Assembly (NCBI RefSeq): GCF_006345805.1
Contig: NC_043006.1
Location: 96,348,001 to 96,412,000, forward strand
Direction of reading: 5' to 3'
Source of the DNA: Octopus sinensis
Taxonomy: Eukaryota
DNA length: 64,000 nucleotides
Each line of letters begins with the position of its first letter. Position 1 is the stretch's first letter. Below, piece by piece: positions 1 through 13,340 of this stretch. The notes under the pieces were generated by a model that saw nothing but the letters and a program-made list of their open reading frames with translations, was not told where the DNA came from and ran no database searches. A program made the translations under genes and the position numbers.

Positions 1-277
1 ATTTTCCGTCTACCAAATCCACTTACAAGCTTTTGATCGCCCCGAGGCTATCGTAGAAGACTCTTGCTCAAGGTGTGTGTGTGTGTGTGTGTGTACGTAT
101 GATGGACTTTGCCGTCGAAGATGACGTAGGAGCGTTCAGCTTTAGCCGAACGACCTGCATAAATAATTTGTTTATGATGGCCAAATGTTGGTGCCGCACA
201 TTAGCTCCCTCACTCCATCAAATCGACGTTGTCGGAACAGGTGTACGGTGTGCCACGCCTCAGGTATGGAAGTCATA

Positions 278-497
278 GGCGGCGAGCTGGCAGAAACGTT
301 AGCGCGCCGGGCGAAATGCTGAGCGGTATTTCGTCTGCCGCTACGTTCTGAGTTCAAATTCCGCCGAGGTCGACTTTGCCTTTCATCCTTTCGGGGTCGA
401 TAAATTAAGTGCCAGTTACGCACTGAGGTCGATGTAATCGACTTAATACCTTTGTTTGTCCCCTCTATGATTAGCCCCTTGTGGGTAATAAAGAAAT
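278..497 (+). mobile_element. tRNA-derived SINE, family B (Meta-domain-like body), with 15-bp target-site duplication
   Basis: GGCGGCGAGCTGGCAGAAACGTTAG head, GAGTTCAAATTCC B-box, GCCTTTCATCCTTTCGGGGTCGATAAATTAAG body; TSD AGGTATGGAAGTCAT at 262-276 and 498-512; many copies in the window. Confidence 0.85.
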
Positions 498-532
498 AGG
501 TATGGAAGTCATCACAGAGCAGCCGTGAAATG

Positions 533-630
533 ATGTGTCATGTTCAAGAACACAAGACCACTCTGTCTAGGAATTGAAACCACGATCTCGCGATCGTAAG
601 TGCAACACCCTAACCACTAGACCAAGCGCC
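533..630 (-). mobile_element. tRNA-like SINE head fragment (family C)
   Basis: Reverse complement reads GGCGCTTGGTCTAGTGGTTAGGGTG...GGTTTCAATTCC, i.e. A- and B-box-like motifs. Confidence 0.55.
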
Positions 631-644
631 ATCGTAGTCTTTTA

Positions 645-864
645 TTTATTTCAGTAGGTTTGATTGCGGCCATGCTGGAGCACCGCCTTTTTAGTCTAAG
701 AAATCGACCCCTAGGCTAATTCTTTCTAAGCCTGGTACTTATTCTATGGGTCTCTTTTGTGGAACCGTTAAGTTACACGGGACGTAAACACACCAACATC
801 GGTTGTCAAGTAATGATGGGGTGGGGAACAAACAGACACAAATACAAAAAATTAGATAGGTGTA

Positions 865-951
<87 letters not shown>

Positions 952-1108
952 CATATATACATATATATCTTTTAAATCTCTTTTTCCTGCTTTTCCTTGG
1001 TCAGCCCGAGGCTCTAGTGGAAGACACTTGCCCAAGGTGTCACGCAGTCGAACTGAACCTGAAACAATGTGGTGGGGAAGCAAGCTTCTTACTACACAGC
1101 TGCGCCAG
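645..1108 (-). mobile_element. tRNA-derived SINE, family A (octopus OK-like) with internal (AT)n
   Basis: Shares GGCAAGTGTCTT, TTGACAACCGATG and GCGGTGCTCCAGCATGGCCGCA blocks with the intact copies at 18717 and 42397. Confidence 0.8.
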
Positions 1109-1127
1109 CGTCCATTATATATAAATA

Positions 1128-1518
1128 CTAGCAGTATCACCCTGTGTTGCTTGGGTTTGTCTCGACCCTTTAGAGTAGGAATTTTTGAAAAGTAAAAATT
1201 TTGCATTATGCAACTTGTTATTCTCCTCAAGTGAACATTTTTCCAGTTGAAATACACCGAAAAATGGTGACACAGCAGTCAAAAATCGTAGAAAATATGG
1301 ATTTTCATAGAAAAAAAGCACCTTTTTGATGTAAATACTTTTGGGTGTTAACATGGTCCGATTTGAATTTTATCTTATACAGAATGAAGAGCAAGCCTTC
1401 TTCTATCATACTCTCAATTTTGGTCAACTTGTGCTGCAGGGTCTCGAAGGAGATAGTGTTAGTTGAAGGCTACCAAACCTGCCACACACAGACAACTTCA
1501 GATTTATATATATATAGA
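1128..1518 (-). mobile_element. Non-autonomous Helitron, family H2
   Basis: On minus: A|TCTATATATATA 5' end at 1518, CTAG|T 3' end at 1128-1131 with a degenerate subterminal hairpin; second copy at 58909-59303. Confidence 0.75.
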
Positions 1519-2217
1519 TTTGCTACACACTACTTTCCATCCTTAATAATGAAACTTGGTAGATCCAAAAGTTAAACACACAGACACACAAGTTGAGTTT
1601 TATATATATAGATTTCTCAACGGGGATTTCAGGGGAGAGTTTCAGGGAGTCGCTGGCGATGTATCGTGATGATCAAAAATCCGGCCTGCTAAAATTTGGT
1701 TAAAGTGATTCAAACTGCAGACTCAACGCAAAATGGTCACATTTAATTCAAAGCGTTAAAAATGTTATGAAAACAATTGGTATGTGTTCACAAAGTCCAA
1801 ACGATTAATACGAAAAATCCCTCCAGGCTACATTCCGAAAATTCATTTTCTTTGCCGAATTTCTACAATGTTTACGGCGATTCGTTTTTATATCTTGATT
1901 TTTTTATTTTTCATGCAATTTACGCATGCTTGCACGCGTGATGAACGCAGTTCACGTCAAACAGCTGACTGAGTAAAGTTCACTATTCAATGCATGGGAT
2001 AAGGCCTAAACAAACACATTATCGATTTTTTCACTTGCGAGATGAATTTCCGAACAGAAATAGCGCAGTTCAATTTTCGTTTGCCTAAACTTTAAATGAC
2101 TCATTTTTGGTGGTTCTACGATTTGTTGGCTAGGAGGAGATGTGCCGGGAAGTTAAACACACAGACACACACACAGATACACACACAGACACACAAGTTG
2201 AGTTTTATATATATAGA
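1519..2217 (-). mobile_element. Two extra Helitron 5' segments stacked upstream of H2
   Basis: TCTATATATATAAAACTCAACTTGTGTGTCTGTG termini at 1612 and 2217; no separate CTAG 3' end seen. Confidence 0.55.
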
Positions 2218-2244
2218 TATATATATTTATTCATATATATTAAA

Positions 2245-2635
2245 CGAGTGGCCGTGTAGTATACGAGTTGCTTGCTTACCAACCACATGATTCCAGGTTC
2301 TGTCCCATTACGTGACACCTTGGGCAAGTGTCTTCTACTAGAGCCTGGGGTCGACGAAAGCCTTGTGAGTGGATTTAGTAGCCGGAAACTGAAAGAAGCC
2401 CGTCGTATGTGTGCGTGTGCGTTTGTGTGTGTGTGTGTATGCTCGTGGGCCTGTGTTTGTCCCCACCACCATCGCTTGACAACCGATGATGGTGTGTTTA
2501 CGTCCCGTAACCTAGCAGTTCGGCAAAAAACCGAAAGAATAAGCGATAGGCTTACGGAGAATAAGTTCTGTGGTCGATTTGTTCGACCAAAGGCCGTGCT
2601 CCAGCATGGCCGCGGTCAGTGACTGCAACGAACAA
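2245..2635 (+). mobile_element. SINE family A copy
   Basis: AACCACATGATTCCAGGTTC head, CTTGGGCAAGTGTCTTCTACT, TTGACAACCGATG, CCAGCATGGCCGC tail. Confidence 0.8.
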
Positions 2636-3103
2636 AATATATATATACACGACGAGCTTCTTTCAGTTTCCGCCTGCCAACAACAGTGGAAGACACTTGC
2701 TCAAGGTGCCACACAGTAGGACTGAACCCAGAACCATATGGTTGGGATGCAAGCTTTTTACCGCATAGCCACACCTGTTCGTTTTTCATGTAGTGGCCAT
2801 GGAGCAGGTGTACTTTGCCATCGTTTTCGTTTTCTTTCTCCGTTTTATTTGGTTTTCGGTGCAGCGTTCTGTATCCTCATTTTTAATCTTTATCTTCTTC
2901 TCTTCCTTCTTAAATCTCCTTTTCTTTTTTTCTTTTCCTTTTCCCTCTTTTTCGCTTTCTCTTCTACCTTAGCTGCTTCATCTCTTTCTTCTTTCTATCG
3001 TCATCGTCGTCATCGTCATCATCATCATTATTGTTGCTCTTCTTATTCCAGCTATTTTCATGTAGACTTCAGTTACATATTTCCATTGCATCGCCAATAC
3101 GAA

Positions 3104-3256
<153 letters not shown>

Positions 3257-3849
3257 AAAATGTTTTCATAATGCTGACATAATGCAAGTCCAGCTATCTC
3301 TCTGCGTTGACTGGAAAAATCCGACACAAGATGGCCGATTCTTGATGTCGTCGTCGGTTACGTCATCTCCTTTTCACATTACCATCTTCTTCAAAATATC
3401 TTATATTTTCGTAATATCATGGTAGCTCTGGTCAACGGTATTGACTTGTTCATCTAAAAGTAGACACACTGAAGATCTTTAGCCATTGTTAGCGTTCATA
3501 GAGCTTCCTTTCCGTTCTCTTCTTCTACGATGCTTACTCTACATTGTCTGGATTCTTCTCTCTATTTTTCTTCTCTGCAATTTCCCTTTAGAAATTTATA
3601 AGCTTTTTCTATTCAATGGCCTTTACTCGTTTCACTATATTTACTTCAGAAATGTTTATCTGTTAAAGAAATCGTTCTGCCCAGTGGTGCAAAGAGTAGA
3701 TCGGCGTGGCCTCGAGGTCAGTCAGGGTGTTGCACGCAAGATCGTCGATTCCCATTCGCGGGTCGGGCGACTGGTTTTGTTGCGTTCTTGAATGAAGCAT
3801 TTCATTTCACATTGCTACTGTTCATCTGCTTCTAAATGAGTGATCCTAC

Positions 3850-4018
3850 GACGGATTATTTACAGTATTTACATTAGTTACATTTGACGGTTATTTGTCC
3901 TCGTCGTATTTGTTGTTAATACAACGTTTCGACTGATATACCATCCAGCCTTCATCAGGTGACTTGGGAAAATTTCGAACCTGGGTTCTCATTCCTAAGG
4001 TATTTTCCCATGTTGTTG

Positions 4019-4086
<68 letters not shown>

Positions 4087-4108
4087 GTTGTTGTTATTGT
4101 TGTTGTTG

Positions 4109-4152
<44 letters not shown>

Positions 4153-4156
4153 GTTG

Positions 4157-4205
<49 letters not shown>

Positions 4206-4283
4206 ATTCACTACCTGGAACCGAAGTTGGAATTTTGGGGTTAGTAGGCCGCTCTCTTAACCACTATGCCATATGCCCGTGGG
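3850..4283 (-). mobile_element. tRNA-headed Penelope pLTR-like unit (A/B box + (AAT)n + hammerhead + AATGTAAAT tail)
   Basis: Head CCCACGGGCATATGGCATAGTGG; same architecture as 24290-24545, where it follows a GIY-YIG-like ORF end. Confidence 0.7.
3918..3963 (-). ncRNA. Minimal type I hammerhead ribozyme motif (stem I degenerate)
   Basis: CUGAUGA, extra A, stem II GGCUG/CAGUC, GAAA, ACGU palindromic stem III, GUU site; stem I only 2 bp in this copy (GACAC/GUGUU in the 24.35 kb copy). Confidence 0.6.
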
Positions 4284-4426
4284 CAGGCGCGCAAGGGGAG
4301 TCGCGAGGGGAGGTGCGGGAGAAATTTGTTGCGTAGAGACACGTTGCGTGAAGGCACGTGGGGGAGAGGTGCGTGGGATGGATGCGCGTGGGGGTGGACG
4401 TGCGTGGAGTGGATACGCGTGGGGGG

Positions 4427-4630
4427 ATGCGCGTGGCTTAGTGGTTTCGAGTCCTGGACCGGACTTTGCGCTATATTCTCCAGCAAAACACTTCCTTTCA
4501 TGTTGTTCCCTTCCACTCAGCTGGCAAAAATGAGTTAATCCTGCGACGGACTGGCGTTCCATCCAGGTGAGAGGGATGTATAAGCCATGGGAACCGGGCA
4601 ATCGGCTCTTATGAGTAGGCATAACTTGAG
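4427..4630 (+). mobile_element. SINE with V-domain-like body
   Basis: GCGCGTGGCTTAGTGGTT head; CCTGCGACGGACTGGCGTTCCATCCAGG resembles the V-SINE central domain (from recall, no alignment run). Confidence 0.5.
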
Positions 4631-4817
4631 AAGGTAACTTTAGCTTTAGAAAAAGAAGATACGTAGCGTAGGAGTTCGAATGTCGCACTCACGATCGCTA
4701 GATCGTGGGTCCGATCCCCGGACCAGGAAGCATGTTGTACTTTGCAGCTAAACACTTCCTTTCACGTTGCTTTGGTGTTGTTTGGAGACCAGAATGTCTA
4801 AGAAAAGACCCAACGTT

Positions 4818-4853
<36 letters not shown>

Positions 4854-5082
4854 CTCTCTCTCTCTGTTGTAAAATGGCGACTAAAAGAGGTTGAAGGAGG
4901 GTTTGCACTCCAACCTCGTAAAAAAACCCTCACCAACAATCACTGCCCAAACAAATGCATCCCAGGTTTGTCGCCTGGGTGGGGCAAAGGTGTCGCCCGG
5001 CAGGAGTAGAAGGGAATCGCCAACAAAGGGGAGCTGCAGCGGCGCACTGTTACAGCGCATTATCCCCATCCAACTACCACCA

Positions 5083-5136
<54 letters not shown>

Positions 5137-5337
5137 TGACTACTACTACCACTACCACCACCATCACTACTACTACTGCCAGTACCACTAATACTACTGC
5201 TGCTGCTGCTGTTGCCACTACTACTATATCCAAAGAATATATATTGCTAAGGTCGTCTATAGTCTCCAATGCGAAATGCATTCCAGGAGTGGAAAAACAA
5301 ACTGCTTTTTATTTTAGTCCGTTTTATCTAGAAATGT

Positions 5338-5520
5338 GTAGGCGCGTGGTTCTCTGGTTAAGCACATTGCACTCGCAACTGTGAGATTGTTGGTTCGATT
5401 CTCAGACCGACTGCGCGTTGTATTCTTGAACAAAATACTCCATTTCACTTTGTTCCAGTCCAATCGTCTGCAGCCAAAAAGCTTTCCGATCAGTGGAAAT
5501 CTTGGCCTACTCAACCAGTC
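5338..5520 (+). mobile_element. tRNA-derived SINE (family C)
   Basis: GGCGCGTGGTTCTCTGGTTAAG and GGTTCGATTC boxes followed by a CGCGTTGTATTCTTGAACAAAATAC body. Confidence 0.6.
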
Positions 5521-6513
5521 AGCGGATTATCATCATTCGGAAGTCAAAACGATGCAAAGCTCATTGTGACTATCGTTGTATAACAACATCCGATAGTCGG
5601 GTTGATCACGTGATTGCGTGATATCCAGAAATACATTATCAGTTTGTACCTTCGCCTTACAAAACTTTGGTGGAGTTAGAGAGATATAACTTGCTGCTAT
5701 TTCAGGCAGGTTGATGGAGTATGTAGAGACATTCGGATTGTTTTCACAGCACGTTTATCCGTAAGTGGTTTTATTTCATCAGGTTTGTTAGCATAGTTAG
5801 AGATAAAAACAGGATAGTGAAATATTCTCCTTCAAAATATCCTCACTTTTGGGAAATAGAACGGTTGGTTTTTCTTTCTATACTTTACCATTTATATATT
5901 CTTAAGGTATGTTTTTTTTCTTTTTCTTACTTTGGAAGTAAATGTTTACATCATGGCGTCGTTGATATACAGCCTTAATATTAATGCCACTTTATTTATA
6001 TAGAAGGCTTTCAATATCAAACAATCTGCAAAAGGTTTCGGAAGGGCTTTTTCGGTAATCAATATATACCGAGCTCATTTCAGTTTTTTTTTTTACATAT
6101 CTTTTCTGTTCTATTTTCATTTATTTGCATAACAGCCTCGTTTATTAATAATTGCCTCGTTTACATCCATACGCAGCACATACTTTTGATATCATTTCCA
6201 TATCAGCGGCGTGGTAATATCCACAACATAAACAGCAGCCAATATTTTGAGCAATAAAGATACACATTTTTTTTTATTTTTATATATAATTAGCTAGCAG
6301 GATATTGGATGGGTCGGTATTATTTTGGAGTCGGAGAGGCGGAGTTCCACATGTTATTGCTTTTCAAAGTAGCTATTATTTCTCCCTCAAGTAACATCCA
6401 TTGTATTGCTCCTGTGTGTGTACAGACACACACAAATATATATACATTATATATATACATATATACATATAGATATATATACATATATATATGTATGTAT
6501 ATATATATGGATG

Positions 6514-6555
<42 letters not shown>

Positions 6556-7162
6556 TATATATATATATATGTGTGTGTGTGTGTCTTTGTGCCTGTGTGT
6601 GTGTGTGTATGTACGTACGTATGTATGTAATGTATGTATGTATATGTATATTCAATGAACTCTAGCTAAACCTTTATCATGTGTACTGTTTAGCACTTCA
6701 TCATTAATGCTTAAATAAGTAATTTAAACAGAAGTCAAAGATTTTTTTTCTTGCCAATTCCGAGAGGCTGTTATTTCCCATAAGCTTTCATTGTGTTGAT
6801 TCCTGAACCTTCAGGTGTACAATAATACCACGCTTGGCATATCATTTCGGATATTCCCCACCACCACCACCAACAACATCATCATCATTTTTTTTTTATT
6901 TGTATATTAATATTATTGCTGTTGTTATTCTTCTTCTTCGTCTTCTTCTTCAGCTGTTCTTATAGTTTTTGTGTACTTTCATGACACAACAGGGATGCGG
7001 TTTTGTTTGACTAGGAGCATATATTTTTTAATGTTTAACGTTTGCAACAATATTGAAATAACATTATAAAGCAGAAATGCAGTCTCTAACAATGATATTT
7101 CCTGTAACGTACGTATGTGTATAATTACGAGCTTGTTTGGCATACTTACATGGATGTGTGTG

Positions 7163-7204
<42 letters not shown>

Positions 7205-7475
7205 AACCTCTCTGTGCATGTGTGTGCGCGCTCGCGTTCATGGATGGCTAGATTACCGTCGGCTTCGACGAAGAGTTTTCGCTCATTCGGTCAACTGAAT
7301 TTCCCTCTCATTTAAATGCCTGAGTGTTCCACAGACGGATACACTTCGTACAAAAAACAGAGATGTATCTCTCAAACAGACCCAGGGTGACACGATGACA
7401 AGGCTACTCCTTTCGAATACAATCCATTCGGCATGCTTCCATACAGCTTCGGTCTAACTAGTTTTACTCACGATT

Positions 7476-7600
7476 ATCAACCACATGGTTCCGGGTTCAA
7501 TTCCACTACGTGACACTTTGGGCAAGTGTCTTCTACTATAGCCCTGGGCCGACTAAAGCCTTGTGAGTGGATTTAGTAAATGGAAACTGAAAAAAGCCCG

Positions 7601-7635
<35 letters not shown>

Positions 7636-7850
7636 AGTGTGTATGTGTGTGTGTGTGTGCTCTGTTTGTCCCCACCCATCATCGCTTCACAACTGATGTT
7701 GGTGTGTTTACGTCCCCGTAACTTAGCGGTTCGGCAAAAGGGGCCGATAGAATAAGTACTAGGCTTGCAAAGAATAAGTCCTTGGGTCGATTTACTCGAC
7801 TAAAGGTGGTGCTCCAGCATGGCCGCAGTCAAATAACTGAAGCAAATGGA
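7476..7850 (+). mobile_element. SINE family A copy
   Basis: Diagnostic family A blocks with internal (AT)n/(GT)n. Confidence 0.8.
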
Positions 7851-8159
7851 AAAATACAAATATATATATATCTTTATATGCTTGTATGTATATAATTATA
7901 GATATATAATTATAATTAAGGATATTAAAGGGACGACGCCATACACTACAAGTAGATGTCAAATATCTACAAACCACTCTAATTATATATTTTTTCTGCA
8001 CAAGACGGAATGCGAGGAAATGGTCAAGAAGATTAATAAAGTTTTGGACAAGTCTATATCTTAAAAATTTGTGTTTTGCAATAAAAACTACTTTACACCC
8101 TTCATTAGAAGTATATCGACAATATATAAGTGAAAAAATATATATATATACATACATAC

Positions 8160-8632
<473 letters not shown>

Positions 8633-8665
8633 CTATACATGCCGATAAATATTTTCGTACCATAC

Positions 8666-8724
8666 TTCTACTGAAGATTGTAAAATAATTTTTGTTGCAC
8701 AACACGAAATCTTAAGATATAGAG
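8666..8724 (+). ncRNA. Type I hammerhead ribozyme motif
   Basis: Stem I UUCUA/UAGAG, CUGAAGA 8671-8677, GAAA 8706-8709, 10-nt palindrome AUCUUAAGAU, AUA site; base of stem II mismatched. Confidence 0.6.
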
Positions 8725-8966
8725 TTGCCCAAAATTTTATAAGTCTTCTTGTCCATTTCCTCGTATTCGGCCATGTGCAGTAAAAGAGAACATATTTAGA
8801 GTGGTTTGTAGATATTTGACATTTACTTCTAGCATATAGGCATTGGCATTCCAGCGCCCTAATTGTAATTATAATTATATACTTTAATATTAATTTTACC
8901 GATATGGTGTTTCTCATACACTGGCCACTGGTATAATTATTTTAATGATTATATCCTCAATTTATA

Positions 8967-9000
<34 letters not shown>

Positions 9001-9001
<1 letters not shown>

Positions 9002-9886
9002 AGGGTGCGGTGAGTAAACTGTAGTCTAAATTATGAAACAGTGAAAATAACACTGACATCTCATGTCAATAGATATACTTACCAAAATTACATAAGAATA
9101 TCTTGAAATACTAATGGATAAATTTATTCAATAAAATCGCTATTGGCTTCAACCACAGCCCCAGGCGCCTTCGGAATTTCTTGCAACTCCTCTGGGCAGC
9201 CTACTTGTTTAAGCTGGTGAATGTTGAAATGATCCCTGCCTTCAGTTCATCGTTGATGTTACAAGAAGTTTTGTTGGTTTCTCGTTCAACTGCTCCCCAC
9301 ACATAATAATCAAGGGGGTTGCAGTCTGGGGAGTTAGGTGGCCAGATGTTAGGGGTGGTGTGATCGCAGAAATTGTGTAACAGCCATGACTGGGTTCTCC
9401 AGCTTGTGTGGCATGGTGCAGAGTCCTGTTGTCAGACATAGGATTTTCCGGCGGCAATCCACTCGACCCAGTGTAGCACTCCCTCCTTCAAGCACTTGAT
9501 GTAGGCCTCCGTGTTGAGTGTGATGCCGTGTAGGAAGATGGATGTAGGCATAACGTCACCATCACTAGCGATCACTCCAAACATCATGATGTTAACTGGA
9601 TGTTTGGTTTTTATCACTCTCGGTACATGTCTTCAGATTGCTCTATCCTCAGATTGACACCTAAACACTCTGGAATGTTCGTATCGGAACTTCCGGCGCG
9701 AAAGCCGAGCAGTGCAGCATGTCGTTTCCAACTTTCTGACTGAGTGAATTGCGTCATGATGCTGTTTTTCTCACTGACGTGCGCAACTGACCCTACTATT
9801 CTGTGCAGTCGACAAAATCAAGCCTAAACGAAGCTCATGCGCGAAATTAAAATAAAAGATGGTGACGATTCGCCCATCGCACCCTG
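9001..9886 (-). mobile_element. Internally deleted Tc1/mariner DD37D (maT-type) transposon
   Basis: Imperfect TIRs CAGGGTGCG(G/A)TG, TA on the left; minus translation KHPVNIMMFGVI..V*QQDSAPCH..WPPNSPDCNPLDYYVW with 37 residues between the last two Asp; N-terminal fragment fused to the catalytic part; in-frame stops. Confidence 0.85.
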
Positions 9887-10099
9887 TGTATATTCTAGCT
9901 GTCGCTATAACCAGCAGCTTCGTTTTTCTCATTCTCGTTCTCTTTTCTTTTATCAAATATATATTCTCATCTACTGGAATTGATAGATCGATTACGAGGC
10001 AACTCCCCTTCCAATTTTTCTCTAACAACAATATTTGAGCAATTTAACTTTAATCTCTCGGTCTATGTCAATTGTTGGTATGTCTTTCAGTATATATTT

Positions 10100-10327
10100 C
10101 TTTACTACCCACAAGGGGCTAAACATAGAGGGAATAAACAAGGACAGACAAACGGATTAAGTCGATAACATCGACCCCAGTGCGTAACCGGTACTTAATT
10201 TATCGACCCCGAAAGGATGAAAGGCAAAGTCGACCTCGGCGGAATTTGAACTCAGAACGTAACCGCAGACGAAATACGGCTACGCATTTTGCCCGGTGTG
10301 CTAACGTTTCTGCCAGCTTGCCGCCTG
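10100..10327 (-). mobile_element. SINE family B copy
   Basis: Reverse complement of the 278-497 element. Confidence 0.85.
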
Positions 10328-11299
10328 TCTTTCAGTATAGTTTTAGTCTCATTTTCTGAGCCCTGCCTTGATAAGGTGCGAAATGGAGTACAGCATCAAC
10401 CCTGCCTAGATATGGAATGGTTCTCTTGAATTGGGGACTTCAAATTTTCTTCTACCTAAGGAATCAGGACTTTTTCCTTCATCAAGTTTTTTCACTCAAT
10501 GGTTTACTTGATATTTTCACGGGTTGAGTCAAACGTTTGGCTATATTCTGGTAGCTTATTTGCTTTATCCGTCAAGTTACAACAAAAGCATCCTAGCATT
10601 CAAAGAAGAGGCCATCGTGTTGTACCGTCTGAAGCCACCTTTCTTTTTGCATGTTCTTTGATCCCACGCTGATGCCAGTTCTTGATCTTCGATTTGAAGA
10701 ACTCTTACGTATAAACTTCGGTCTCATCTTGATGAGGAAACGTCTCGAGCGCAAGAATTGAGCCATTGATCGGAACAACTAAAAACCTGGGGGACGGACC
10801 CAGGTCCGGACTGTATGCTAAATCTGACATCAGTTTGATTCCTTCAAGTTAATTCGGGTCGTTCGAGTGGTATGATGTCTTGAGTTGTCATGTTGCAGAA
10901 GAGCTCACTTTTTGTTAATCAATACCAGATGTGCTTGCCGCACAGAGGCAAACATTTTATTTGGGATTTTGACTTTTTTCATTTCCATGGTCTGTCCTTA
11001 TACTATAGTACCTCGGTTACTGCTTATACTGTTTTATATTTTGGGTGTGCTTATTATTTTGAAATGGTCACTTTTGGCGATCCATCAGCTGTCCACAAAC
11101 ACCCCAAAATTCCTTGTACCTCTGTGGATTTTCGCACTACATTCGCTTCGTGTTTTCTTTTTTACCTAGTTCTTGGTAAAATCATCTGAATTTTGAGTAA
11201 AAAATGTTTTCATGTTTTCTTCAAAGAATTACTCTCGTTTCGCAAAACGAAGTATTTTGTGTATGTGTGTGCGTGTGTCTTTGTGTGTGAGAGAGAGAG

Positions 11300-11361
<62 letters not shown>

Positions 11362-13156
11362 TGTGTGTGTGCGTGTACATGCGTGTGAATGTGTGTTTTA
11401 GACGTTCTTTACATAATTTATTATTTTATTACTTTATAATTCTGCTGCATTTTGCAATATCACTTTATATATTTGCTTTCATTTCTGTTTCCACCTTTTT
11501 CATACCATTAAAGATTCCAGAGGGTTCTGTTTCCTATGCTTAGCATGATTATTTTCCGCATATTTTACTCTGCTTCAGATGTTTGCTTTTGAGTTCTTTC
11601 AAGTACCAACCTCTCTCGAAACAAACCGCTTTCCTTTATGACCGATACAAAGATAGTTTGATTTCTCTTGGTGATAAAGAAGTTTGTTGTTTTAATCTAC
11701 TTACAGTAAAACTAAGACCACTGAGTTTGCCCACCACTTATTTGCTGTAGTTGCGATTTTATCATAAAGTTTTATCTTTCTGTCAGTATGGGAGTGTCCT
11801 TCATATGACCATAACAAGATCTATAGATATACTATCGATTTAATTCATTAACTATTTCCACATTCAGATTATTGTCAGATTCAAAATGTTCACCTTTTCA
11901 GTGTTTCCTACACTTCAATTTTCCCCGCATCCACTTATATCCACATTTTCGTTTTCTGTCCTCCTACTTCGGCTTTTGTTAGTCAACGTACTGAGCTTCG
12001 ATTTTGCACTGTTTCCGTCGCCAATGTCTTAGATTTATCGGTGTGATTTACGTGTTTAAATATTTATGGCTTTAATGCTATTATTTCCATTGTTTGCATT
12101 TATTTTCTTTAATATTTTTTTATTGTTGCTTGCGTTTGCCTAATATATATAATTTATTTGTTTTTGTTTTGTTTTTGTTGTTATTTTTATATATTTTAAG
12201 AATAAATCATCTTTAATTAGCTAGCGTTGGGATCCAAAGTTACTTATCTATCAGGAATACTTTCTCTCTGAATAATAAAATGTAACGCTCAGATTCTGTC
12301 CTTTATTTATTGTCTTTTGTTATTGTTCTTATTTTGTAGGCGTAAAGCTTACATGTTGTATAGAACCGTATCCCTCCCCTGTCCACATATGTCCCTTTTT
12401 TTATTTGTTTTATTTGCGAGACTTCAAGGAATAAAATCCACTTCATTATTTAGATCAACAATCGTTATCATCTTGTACCAGCTTATTTGCTTCAGGTAAT
12501 AAGAAATTTATCATTATCATCATCATCATCATCACCACCAACATCATCACCAGCATCATCAACATTATCATCATCATCATCATCATCATCATCGTCGTCG
12601 TCATCGTCGTTATTGTTGTTGTTGCTCTGCTGCTCTTGTTTTTATTATCATTATCATCATTGTCGCTAGTTTTATTTTTATTGTTGTTGTACTTGTTTGT
12701 TGTTTGTATGTTTGTTTGCTGTTGTTGTTGATGCTGCTGTTGAGATTATTTTGTTTATAGCCTAAGTTGGACAAACTCCGAGTCTGTGTCTTGCTTTCCT
12801 TTTTTTTTTCTTAGAGAGATTTGTCTTTGTAGATTTAATTGTCCTCCCTTTTTTCTGAATTCACACAATTCAGGATCACAAGGGCCTGATCAGTCGTTTC
12901 TTTTGCCTTTCGAGGCAAAACTTTAAAAGAAATAAAAATCTTCCGATGCATACAAAAGTTTTCAAAATGGCTTCGTCCTTGCCAGCAGAGATCAACAAGG
13001 AAGCTGAGGTTTGTTAAGGTGAAACTGCTTCTCGCAGTCATCTCAGACTACGCAATATCAATATTACAGACGCAGAAGTAATTAAAAACATTAACAGAAG
13101 TATCAGTAGGGAAAGCAACAGTAACAACAACAACAACAAAAGCAGCAACAACAGCA

Positions 13157-13340
13157 GTGGAGGCGCAATGGCCTAGTGGTTAGGGCAGCGGACTCGCGGT
13201 TGTAAGAACGCGGTTTCGATTCCCAGACCGGGCATTGTGAGTGTTTATTGAGCAAAAACACATAAGCTCCACGAGGCTCCTTTGTGGGTGGTAGTGAACC
13301 CCGCTGTACTCTTTCACCGCAACTTTCTCTCACTCTTTCT
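13157..13340 (+). mobile_element. tRNA-derived SINE (separate family)
   Basis: A box TGGCCTAGTGG, B box GGTTTCGATTCC, non-tRNA 3' body. Confidence 0.65.

Noticed and set aside
10380-11900. Decayed LINE ORF1 relics on minus
   Set aside because: Only vague resemblance in heavily interrupted frames; not enough to call
13157-13240. Genuine tRNA genes at SINE heads (also 4200-4283, 24450-24545)
   Set aside because: A and B boxes are present but there is no closed cloverleaf or acceptor stem, and they run into repeat bodies
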